From Eubacteriales bacterium (GTDB taxonomy: Bacteria; Bacillota; Clostridia; Oscillospirales; JAAYXM01), in contig JAZOAI010000028.1 in the NCBI GenBank assembly GCA_045595365.1, positions 14,621-78,620 on the forward strand: a DNA stretch of 64,000 bases, written 5' to 3'. The notes below the pieces were generated by a model, which worked only from the letters and a program-made list of their open reading frames with translations, did no database searches and was not told where the DNA came from. The stretch's first letter is position 1. The number at the start of each line of letters is the position of its first letter. Positions 1 to 8,138 of this stretch are shown here, piece by piece. Made by a program: the position numbers and the translations under genes.

Positions 1-177
1 GCGGGCATATAGTAAACCCGGCAGATAATGGAATTGAGTTTATGTTAAAATCTCTTTCGTAATAATCTGACAGCATCACAAACTTTTTTTACACATACCA
101 TTTAGTTGACAAATCTTCAAAAGATGATATAATTTAAAAAGGGGTAATACCCAAATTTTTTCTGTGAGGGAGATAAT

Positions 178-1524
178 ATGACAGAATATATGCAGCGCGT
201 TCTTGACTCTGTCAAGGAACGCAACAAAGGAGAAACACTTTTCATTCAGACAGTTGAAGAAGTTTTTGCAAGCATTGAGCCGATTGTCGCAAAACACCCT
301 GAATACGAAAAAGCAGGGCTTCTGGAGAGGCTTTGCGAGCCTGACCGCCAGATAGCTTTCCGCGTTACGTGGGAAGACGACAACGGAAAGATTCACACAA
401 ACCGCGGCTGGCGCGTTCAGTTCAACGGCGCGATCGGCCCGTACAAGGGCGGGCTTCGTTTTCACCCGTCTGTCACTCTTGACACGATGAAGTTTCTCGC
501 CTTTGAGCAGACTTTTAAAAACAGTCTGACAGGGCTTCCGATTGGCGGTGCAAAGGGCGGCTCGGATTTTGACCCGAGAGGCAAGTCCGACTCTGAAATT
601 ATGCGCTTCTGCCAGAGCTTTATGACGGAGCTTTATCGCCACATTGGCCCTGACGTTGACGTTCCCGCAGGTGACATCGGCGTTGGCGGGCGCGAGATAG
701 GCTATCTCTTCGGTCAGTACAAGCGCATTAAGGCTTGCTGGGAAAATGGCGTTCTCACGGGCAAAGGGCTTACATACGGCGGCTCATACTTCCGCCCCGA
801 AGCTACGGGCTACGGTGCAGTTTATTATCTCCAGGAAGTCCTTAAGCACTTTGGCGATTCCATAAAGGGCAAGACAGTTGCGGTTTCAGGCTTTGGCAAC
901 GTTGCGTGGGGCGTCTGCAAGAAGGTTGCAGAGCTTGGCGGGCGTGTTGTCACGATCTCCGGCCCTGATGGTTATTGCTATGACCCCGACGGAATTATTA
1001 CTGACGAGAAGATTGAATATCTCCTTGAGATGCGCTCTTCAGGCCGTGACCGTGCCGAGGATTATGCAGACAAGTTCGGCTGTAAGTTTGTTCCGAAAGC
1101 AAAGGTCTGGGGTGAGAAGGTCGACATCGCTATGCCCTGTGCTTATCAGAACGAAATCGGCATGGATGAAGCCAAGCAGATTGTCGAAAACGGCGTACCG
1201 TACTACATAGAGGTTGCAAATATGCCGACAACAAATGAAGCTATTGCATACCTTCGGGACAACATTAAGATTGTTGCTCCGTCAAAGGCGGTTAATGCCG
1301 GAGGTGTTGCAACAAGCGCACTCGAAATGGCTCAGAACACCATGAGATACAACTGGGAGCCCGCAGAGGTTGATGCAAAGCTCCACTCCATTATGAAGAA
1401 TATCCACGACAACTCCGCAGCTGCAGCTGAGGAAGTCGGCCTTGGGTACGACCTTATCGCAGGCGCGAACATCGCAGGCTTTAAGAAGGTCGCAGAAGCT
1501 ATGCTTCAGGAAGGCATATACTAA
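178..1524 (+). CDS. gdhA: NADP-specific glutamate dehydrogenase
   Basis: 448-aa ORF with a gagggag RBS upstream. The translation shows the GGAKGGS catalytic-lysine loop and the GFGNVAWG dinucleotide-binding motif of Glu/Leu/Phe/Val dehydrogenases. Confidence 0.95.
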   Translation: MTEYMQRVLDSVKERNKGETLFIQTVEEVFASIEPIVAKHPEYEKAGLLERLCEPDRQIAFRVTWEDDNGKIHTNRGWRVQFNGAIGPYKGGLRFHPSVTLDTMKFLAFEQTFKNSLTGLPIGGAKGGSDFDPRGKSDSEIMRFCQSFMTELYRHIGPDVDVPAGDIGVGGREIGYLFGQYKRIKACWENGVLTGKGLTYGGSYFRPEATGYGAVYYLQEVLKHFGDSIKGKTVAVSGFGNVAWGVCKKVAELGGRVVTISGPDGYCYDPDGIITDEKIEYLLEMRSSGRDRAEDYADKFGCKFVPKAKVWGEKVDIAMPCAYQNEIGMDEAKQIVENGVPYYIEVANMPTTNEAIAYLRDNIKIVAPSKAVNAGGVATSALEMAQNTMRYNWEPAEVDAKLHSIMKNIHDNSAAAAEEVGLGYDLIAGANIAGFKKVAEAMLQEGIY

Positions 1525-1537
1525 AAAAATATTAATA

Positions 1538-1572
1538 AAAACGAGCTAACCGTACGGTTAGCTCGTTTTTTA
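1538..1572. terminator. Bidirectional rho-independent terminator between convergent gdhA and the CapA-like gene
   Basis: Stem acgagctaacc / ggttagctcgt with loop gtac, an A-run on the left and a T-run on the right. Confidence 0.7.
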
Positions 1573-1579
1573 TCTTCTA

Positions 1580-2869
1580 TTACCACTCGCACTCGAGAAG
1601 GCCGTCATCACGAAGGATTATCTTTGTTCCGAACGGCTCACACATTTTTGCAAAATATTCTGCAATTTCCGGATTATAGCTGCGGCGCGGCAGGCCGTTT
1701 TCGGACTTATTGCCCTTCATCGACATCTCAACCGGCATAAACGTAAGCTTTTTAAGCTTTGTCCCCTCAGTTTCCCAGAACGGAATTACGGAGCGGAACA
1801 TACGCGGGTCTTCCATAAGGCCGACAGTAAAGTTCTTCGAGCGCTTTTTGAGAAGCTCGTGAACGGTTGAGCCGGATGTAAGCCCATGCTTTGTGAAAAA
1901 GTCCTCAGGCGCAACCTCTACGTTGTAAAGCTGAAGCACGAAATCACCGAGCGAATAGAAAATCGGGCAATCCTTATAAACCTCAACAGGGCGGAGAAGA
2001 TGCGGGCCGTGGCCAACGACTGCGTGAGCACCGGCATCAATGCAGTGGTGAGCAAAATCCTGCAGAAACTGTGACGGATTTTCCTTTGCATCTCCGCTGA
2101 GCTGATGAGAATGAACGGAGACCATAATATAATCTGCCTGGAACTGGGCCTCATAAATTGCCTTTTCAACGCGGGCAATATCAGCCTGATTTATCTCCAT
2201 AACATACTTTGGCTTCTCACCAAGCTTAAACTTCATTGTGCCGAATTCTGCCTCGTCACTTGCAAGCTCTGCATAATAGCCTTCCTTGCGGACAATCTCA
2301 CGTGAAGCGTTGATATTAGTTTCCTTTGCGATGCGCTTGATTATGTCGATATCCTCCTGCGGAAGCTCAACATAGCTCTCAACACGAAGGCCGTTTATGC
2401 CGGGGCGCCCCGGGAAGAGCGGAGACTGCTCACCTGCCATCATTGATGCATCGAAGGTGGAATTGACTGCAATAAGTGCAACGCGGCCGTTTTTGGTTTC
2501 GAGGTACTTTGGAGCAGAAGCTTCGGCAAGGTTTCTGCCGACTCCGGCGTGGACAAGCCCGCTGTCTTCAACTGCCCTGAGAGTTGTCTCAAGACCGCCG
2601 TATGAGAAGTCGAGAACGTGGTTATTGTTGAAGCTTGTCATATTGAAGCCGAGCTTCTTGATGTCATCAAGAACTTCGGGGTTTGTGCGGATGTATGTAC
2701 CGCCGCTGAACTGGGAAGCGCAGGTTTCGCCAACGTGGTTGAGCGTGGTTTCAAGATTGAAGAAGCGCGCATCACCCTGCTCAATAAAGGGTTTAAGTTC
2801 GGTATATCCTTCATAGTCCGGATAAATTCTCTTCTGGATAATCATATCCCCTGCTGCAGTGAATTTCAT
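1580..2869 (-). CDS. CapA family (poly-gamma-glutamate capsule synthesis-like) metallophosphatase-fold protein
   Basis: 429-aa ORF. The SVHSH and GHGPH motifs and the overall layout are typical of the CapA/PGA_cap family. Confidence 0.75.
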   Translation of the reverse strand: MKFTAAGDMIIQKRIYPDYEGYTELKPFIEQGDARFFNLETTLNHVGETCASQFSGGTYIRTNPEVLDDIKKLGFNMTSFNNNHVLDFSYGGLETTLRAVEDSGLVHAGVGRNLAEASAPKYLETKNGRVALIAVNSTFDASMMAGEQSPLFPGRPGINGLRVESYVELPQEDIDIIKRIAKETNINASREIVRKEGYYAELASDEAEFGTMKFKLGEKPKYVMEINQADIARVEKAIYEAQFQADYIMVSVHSHQLSGDAKENPSQFLQDFAHHCIDAGAHAVVGHGPHLLRPVEVYKDCPIFYSLGDFVLQLYNVEVAPEDFFTKHGLTSGSTVHELLKKRSKNFTVGLMEDPRMFRSVIPFWETEGTKLKKLTFMPVEMSMKGNKSENGLPRRSYNPEIAEYFAKMCEPFGTKIILRDDGLLECEW

Positions 2870-2984
2870 TTTCTATTCCTCCATTAATTTTCTTTCACAT
2901 ACTGCTTTATTGCAAAATCAAGTGCTGAAGATTCCATCATCCTTTTCCTTTCAACTCTGCACGTACGATAATTATATCACACGT

Positions 2985-3035
2985 CAAAAAAGAATCAAGA
3001 AGAAAAGACAGTTTTACCCGTCTTTTCTTCTTGAT
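2985..3035 (-). terminator. Rho-independent terminator of the Na/Pi transporter gene
   Basis: 16-bp stem atcaagaagaaaagac / gtcttttcttcttgat lies directly after the stop codon and is followed on the minus strand by a T-run. Confidence 0.6.
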
Positions 3036-3037
3036 TT

Positions 3038-4837
3038 TTAAACTTCAATATTCTCAAGTGCAACAAGATACTGCGCGCGGCGCATTTCCTGTTCTGCGAG
3101 ATACGACCCATCGCCCGAGGCGTGGAGTTCGGTAAGATACTTGTGGTGATTCTTCATTATCTCCGCATTGTTTCTGCCGAGGAACTGCAAGGCTATGCTC
3201 GAACACTGGTCCGCGGTACGCTCAAGATGCGTAAGCGCTTCAAGGAAGATAAGGCCTGCATCGACAACGCAGATTCCCTCGCGAAGTCTTGCCGCGTGGC
3301 GCTCACGAAGAACAAGAACCATATCGTCTATTACCTCTTCAAGCGGCTCTATACGGCGCGCAATCTCCTCGCTGTTATTTTCCAGGGCATCGACCGTCAG
3401 GCGCATAATCTCAAGCACAGCATCGCTCATAATCTTAAGCTCCTTCTGCGCACTTTCGGAAAAAACGCGCTGATTCTGTTTGAGTTTAAGCCCCAGTTCA
3501 TCAAAGTTTGTTGCATAGTCACCTATGCGCTCAACATCGGGGATGCACTGCATAAGCATATTGAGCTGACGGTTGTCACTTTCCCTGTCAACCTTGCGGG
3601 AAAGGGCTATGAGATAGTTATCTGCCGAGTCAGCAAAGGAGTCGAGGCGATTTTCACACTCTGCAATCGTCTCTGCGGTTTCCTCGTTATAATCTATAAG
3701 CTGAGAAAGCCCTGCAGCTACGTTGTCGCGGGCCGCCTTTGCCATTGTGATGAGAGCTTTGCCGACACCTTCAATCGCGACACTCGGAGAAATCATAAGC
3801 TTTGTATCTAAAACTGCAAGCTCGGGATACTTGTCTTCTTTTGCAGGGTCGTCTTTAACAACCTTGCAGGAAATGTTGACGAGAAGCTTTGTGAACGGTA
3901 AAAGCGCAAGAGCCGTGATAATGTTAAACAACGTCTGGAAGTTTGCAATCACGCCGCTGTCTGCCGTACTGTCCCACAATGTCGGAAATGCTCCGAAGTG
4001 ACGCAGGAGCATCATAACAATCATAAACGCGATTGTCCCCACAACATTGAAAACTATATGTACTACACCTGCCCGCTTCGCATCTTTCCCTGTCCCTATG
4101 GAGCAGACAAGTGCCGTTGTGACGCACGTGCCGATGTTTATTCCCATAATAATCGGATAAATCAGATCAAAGGTCATAACTCCCGTCGATGAAAGCGCCT
4201 GCAGAATTCCGACAACAGCCGACGAACTCTGGATGATGACCGTGAACACCAATCCGACAAAGATGCCCATAACCGGCATATTGCGGAAATATTCAATAAT
4301 ATTTATGAACAGCTGTGACTCTGCAAGAGGCTCAACAACCTTTGTCATAGTCAAAAGCCCCGTGAAGAGGATTCCAAATCCCATCGCTATCATACCGATA
4401 TGCTTGGAATTGCCGCGCTTGACAAACATAATAAGAATTATGCCGATTACAAGTGCAACAGGCGCGAGAGTGTCAGGCTTAAAGAGGGTGAGCAGCGCGT
4501 TGCCTGTAGAATCAATATCCATAAGGCGGATAATCTGCGCGGTAATCGTTGTTCCGATATTTGCACCCATAACGATGCTGACCGCCTGACGGAGATTAAG
4601 AATCCCCGCGCCAATAAGGCCTACCGTCAGAACGATAGTTGCGGTGGAACTCTGAATTATAGCAGTTACAAGTGTACCTGTAAGGAGACCGAGAAAAACA
4701 TTGTGCGTAAGCTTTCCGAGAATATTCTTGAGTGTTTCTCCCGAGCCGTTTTTCAGCCCGTCGCCCATAATCTCCATTCCGTAAAGGAACATGCCAAGCC
4801 CGCCAAGCAACGTAACTATCGTTATAAAGGTATTCAT
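3038..4837 (-). CDS. Na/Pi cotransporter family protein with C-terminal PhoU-like domain
   Basis: Polytopic N-terminal half with a duplicated Na/Pi-cotransporter signature (QSSTATIV / QSSSAVVG) and a helical PhoU-like C-terminal half. Start moved to the ATG at 4837 (MNTFITIV), which has a ggagag RBS; the ORF-track start at 4858 lacks one. Confidence 0.85.
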   Translation of the reverse strand: MNTFITIVTLLGGLGMFLYGMEIMGDGLKNGSGETLKNILGKLTHNVFLGLLTGTLVTAIIQSSTATIVLTVGLIGAGILNLRQAVSIVMGANIGTTITAQIIRLMDIDSTGNALLTLFKPDTLAPVALVIGIILIMFVKRGNSKHIGMIAMGFGILFTGLLTMTKVVEPLAESQLFINIIEYFRNMPVMGIFVGLVFTVIIQSSSAVVGILQALSSTGVMTFDLIYPIIMGINIGTCVTTALVCSIGTGKDAKRAGVVHIVFNVVGTIAFMIVMMLLRHFGAFPTLWDSTADSGVIANFQTLFNIITALALLPFTKLLVNISCKVVKDDPAKEDKYPELAVLDTKLMISPSVAIEGVGKALITMAKAARDNVAAGLSQLIDYNEETAETIAECENRLDSFADSADNYLIALSRKVDRESDNRQLNMLMQCIPDVERIGDYATNFDELGLKLKQNQRVFSESAQKELKIMSDAVLEIMRLTVDALENNSEEIARRIEPLEEVIDDMVLVLRERHAARLREGICVVDAGLIFLEALTHLERTADQCSSIALQFLGRNNAEIMKNHHKYLTELHASGDGSYLAEQEMRRAQYLVALENIEV

Positions 4838-5045
4838 ACAAACTCTCCAATCATACAAATTTCCCTATGTTAGATTATATAGCATTTTTCGCCATTTTTC
4901 AATAGTTTAATCCACTTTTTCAACAGAATCAGAAAAGTCTTGAATCTCGCCTCACACAAACAAAACGCGATATTTTTCTGTTTCCGTTTTATGCAGATAT
5001 GCATATTATGATACTGAAATAATATTTCTGGTTGGTGAATTAAGC

Positions 5046-5528
5046 TTGAAAACTACACGCATTTTATCCAATATGAGAAGAAGTCCCGACGCCATAGCAA
5101 GGCTCAACGGTAGCGGAGATTATCCCGGTTTGCGAGGCTTAGTTGAGTTTCTCCAGACGAAAGACGGCGTTTTTGTTTCAGTTTTTGTCTCGGGCTTGCC
5201 GAGAAGTAATAGCATATGCGAAAAACCGATTTTTGCGATGCATATCCATAGCGGCTCCAGTTGCACCGGAAATAACGCAGACCCTTTTGCCGATGCTATG
5301 ACTCATTATAACCCGCACGACTGCCCCCACCCCTACCACGCGGGAGATATGCCCCCTTTGTTCGGCGCAAACGGCATGGCTTTTTCTGTGTTTCTGACTG
5401 ACAGATTTTCCGTAAACGAAATCATCGGAAAGACCGTTATCATCCATTCTGGCTTTGACGACTTTTCCACCCAGCCTGCCGGCAACTCCGGTGACAAAAT
5501 CGCCTGTGGAGTAATAGAGAAAGCATAG
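5046..5528 (+). CDS. sodC: Cu/Zn superoxide dismutase family protein
   Basis: His-rich metal-site motifs (HIHSGSSC, HPYHAGDMPPL) and the C-terminal GNSGDKIACGVI signature. The TTG start is uncertain (alternative ATG at 5073) and no clear signal peptide is present. Confidence 0.75.
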   Translation: MKTTRILSNMRRSPDAIARLNGSGDYPGLRGLVEFLQTKDGVFVSVFVSGLPRSNSICEKPIFAMHIHSGSSCTGNNADPFADAMTHYNPHDCPHPYHAGDMPPLFGANGMAFSVFLTDRFSVNEIIGKTVIIHSGFDDFSTQPAGNSGDKIACGVIEKA

Positions 5529-5789
5529 TTGGTGATAAAAAGCTCGCGCCCTGCCAAATTTATAGCACAAGACCTTGATTCTGTGGAAAAAACTGTGGAA
5601 AACCTCAAAAAGTTGTCACAATCTTGTCAAGCACGAAATTAATTTTGTGATATAATTTATAACAGTGATGCTTTGGGAGCGAGCTGTTATGAATTTGTGC
5701 GCGATTCATAAAAGTCGCTCCGTGTGCGCAGGCATCCGTTTTTATTGCAAAAAAAATACAAATATACTATAATGGAGGAAATAAAACAA

Positions 5790-6977
5790 ATGATAACTCG
5801 AAATTTATTTTATAAAAAACCAAAAACCTTTATGGACTATGAGCCGTGGAAGGTGCCAAGCAAAAACGAATGGGACATAAAGACAACGACACAGAGTAAA
5901 GCTTATGACCCGTTTGCATCCAACGTAAAATTAGTTGGAGTCGACATGACGGAAAAGGACTATGATGATTTCTTCGAGGGGTTTAGTGACCCGTACGGAG
6001 AAAAAAGAGAGCAGGAACGGCAACAGAAAGAACAGGAGCGAAAAGAAAAGTTTGCCAATATCCGCGCAAACGCAGATAATCGAATCTGGTCTTCGCAAAG
6101 TACGGCTTTTTCACAAAGCGACCCGTTTCTTGAAGGGTTTAACGGAACATTAACCGAAGAAAACAAACGTATGCTTGATTTGTTTAAAGAAAGAACAACT
6201 AGCATATTAAATCCACATCTTCCCTATGATACCGACCGTGCTTTCCGCGGCTCGCAATTTGAGGGCGAACTGAAACCGACGGTGCAAAGACTCGATTCTG
6301 CACCTACAATAACAAATGCCATCAATCGAAATCCCAATGCCAAAAACGAATACAAGCCCCTTGGCACACATAATCCGAAGGAAGAACCTGTTTTAACACA
6401 GTTTTCTTATCAACCAGCATCAGATAAATCTGGAAGGTCAAATGAAAATGCTTGGTCATATAAAAACGACGAACAAGGTATTTCTATATTATCACATTGG
6501 TTGTTTGGCGGAGGCAAAGATTATATTCAAGAAGATGGTATTTGGGGTAACTATATGAAATCCAATGAAGCGTTGACGTTACAAGTGAAGAAAATTGTAC
6601 TTCCTCTCGCGGATGGCCTTGGTTTAAATGACAGCAAGGAGGTGGATATTACAATACCTATGAAAATTGACACCGGAGAAAGTATTATAGGTTATCAATA
6701 TTTGCACGGAACCAATGCTGATGTGGGCGGTTTTCAAATCAAAGGAACGGTTTACAAGGACGAAAAAGGAGATATTACATATGATTTAACATATACATGG
6801 AATGATATAATTGATCCTAACTATTACTACGACACTGATGCTGAAAAAGTTGAATTTGCAAAATCTATTCCATTTGCAAATCCCAAAGACTACATAATCA
6901 GAATTTCTTGGCATGATAAAACTAAAATTAAAGCTAACCCGGGACTGTTTAATCGAAATTCCGGTTGGCTTAAATAG
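5790..6977 (+). CDS. Hypothetical protein (low-GC islet), possible toxin-like C-terminal domain
   Basis: Long ORF in AT-rich DNA. The ATG at 5790 is preferred because GGAGG sits 10 nt upstream; the ORF-track GTG at 5724 has no RBS. It has a charged coiled stretch (EKREQERQQKEQERKEK) and I recognise no family. Confidence 0.55.
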   Translation: MITRNLFYKKPKTFMDYEPWKVPSKNEWDIKTTTQSKAYDPFASNVKLVGVDMTEKDYDDFFEGFSDPYGEKREQERQQKEQERKEKFANIRANADNRIWSSQSTAFSQSDPFLEGFNGTLTEENKRMLDLFKERTTSILNPHLPYDTDRAFRGSQFEGELKPTVQRLDSAPTITNAINRNPNAKNEYKPLGTHNPKEEPVLTQFSYQPASDKSGRSNENAWSYKNDEQGISILSHWLFGGGKDYIQEDGIWGNYMKSNEALTLQVKKIVLPLADGLGLNDSKEVDITIPMKIDTGESIIGYQYLHGTNADVGGFQIKGTVYKDEKGDITYDLTYTWNDIIDPNYYYDTDAEKVEFAKSIPFANPKDYIIRISWHDKTKIKANPGLFNRNSGWLK

Positions 6978-6989
6978 GAGGATTAAAAA

Positions 6990-7394
6990 ATGCAAGTGAA
7001 AATTATGAAAATTACAATAGTTGTATTAGTTTCAGTTGTGTTGGCAATGGGCTGTTTAGCATATCTTCAATATAGTAATATGTTCATAATAGAAGAAAAT
7101 AGCTACCATTCCCATTTCTATGTTAAAGGCGATAAAGCATACATAGAATGTGTAATGGTAATCAAAAGCCCACGTGATTGCGACATCCGTCTTGTGGGTA
7201 CTTTCCCAAGAGACGAAGGAAAACTTTTAAAGAATTCCTCAATTTTTGCCTATGATACGGAAGGCGGAAGTGATACTTTTCATATGGTACGCGGAAAAAA
7301 TCGTTTCGAAGTAGTTTTCATCGGAGAGTATGGCGGCACATATCGAAAACACGACAGACTTCTGCCGGAAATAGAAATCATTGCATTGAATTAA
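6990..7394 (+). CDS. Small membrane-anchored hypothetical protein (possible cognate immunity/partner)
   Basis: 134 aa with a strong aggagg RBS and an N-terminal hydrophobic helix (ITIVVLVSVVLAMGCLAYL). It starts 13 nt after the upstream gene. Confidence 0.55.
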   Translation: MQVKIMKITIVVLVSVVLAMGCLAYLQYSNMFIIEENSYHSHFYVKGDKAYIECVMVIKSPRDCDIRLVGTFPRDEGKLLKNSSIFAYDTEGGSDTFHMVRGKNRFEVVFIGEYGGTYRKHDRLLPEIEIIALN

Positions 7395-7642
7395 AAAGCA
7401 AAACTTTTTGATAAGTAAAAAAAATGAGTAATAAAATTTTTTGTCCATGTATTTCATAAGCGCTTCTTGTTTGTCAACCTCTGTTTGTAGCGGATGCCGC
7501 AACCAACCCCCGTCTAAAATGAGTTTTGGAAGAGCATTTCTCCTTAATTATTTTACTTTCCCTTAAAATAAGCATCATTTTAATGGAAAGCTTCCGCGTT
7601 TTCGCGTGGTCGAGGGTGTGCAAAGTTTCGCGAAAAGGAAAA

Positions 7643-8138
7643 AATCGCAGGTGGGTACACCTGCGATTGCCACAAAGCAAAGCGCCGCATAGCCAGTAAA
7701 TGTTGGCTATGCGGCACTTTTCTGTTATTTCACAGTCACTTCAAGTAACAAAACGCAAACCAACAAAGTTTTGCGTTTTGAAAAGGAGCTGTGACGTAAG
7801 GAACGCAAAGTGACTTTTAAAAGTCACTTTGCGTGGCAGAAGTCCACAGCGACGCCGAGGCGGGGGAGAGAAGTTGTGCTGTGCACAGCTTGCACCCTCG
7901 ACGACCCAAATGCTTCGCATTTCGGTGCCCGTCTTCAGGCATATGCGCTAAAAACGATTATCAATCGTTTTCTTCACGCGCATACCCTCTCAGGGTTAGA
8001 CTCCCCCTCATATCCGAACTCAAACGGAAAGAGGACACCGTGTGGTGTCCTCTTTCCGTTTGGTGGAACAAATGCTTTGATATCCGAACTTTCTCTAATA
8101 GGACTTCCGGGGTCCCCGAAAAGCCGTTGGCTTTTTGG
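7643..8138. repeat. Cluster of seven strong stem-loops in non-coding DNA
   Basis: Hairpins at 7643-7668, 7684-7715, 7750-7779, 7803-7834 (a perfect 32-nt palindrome), 7950-7970, 8021-8061 and 8113-8138, all read directly from the sequence. Confidence 0.6.
7935..8061 (+). repeat. Left copy of a dispersed ~100-bp module (aaaacgattatcaatcgtttt hairpin + agaggacacc..ggtgtcctct hairpin)
   Basis: It shares atgtgcg/atatgcg, the identical 21-mer aaaacgattatcaatcgtttt, catatttccgac/catatccgaac and the gaggacacc hairpin with 40935-41027, in the same order and orientation. Confidence 0.7.

Noticed and set aside
7505-7520. 16-mer aacccccgtctaaaat resembling the ssrA 3' region (aacccccgtccgaaaac) in the same orientation; considered as a possible far-end att duplicate of an older ssrA island
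   Set aside because: Only about 13 of 16 positions match and there is no similarity in the flanks. This is too short to distinguish from chance without an empty-site comparison.
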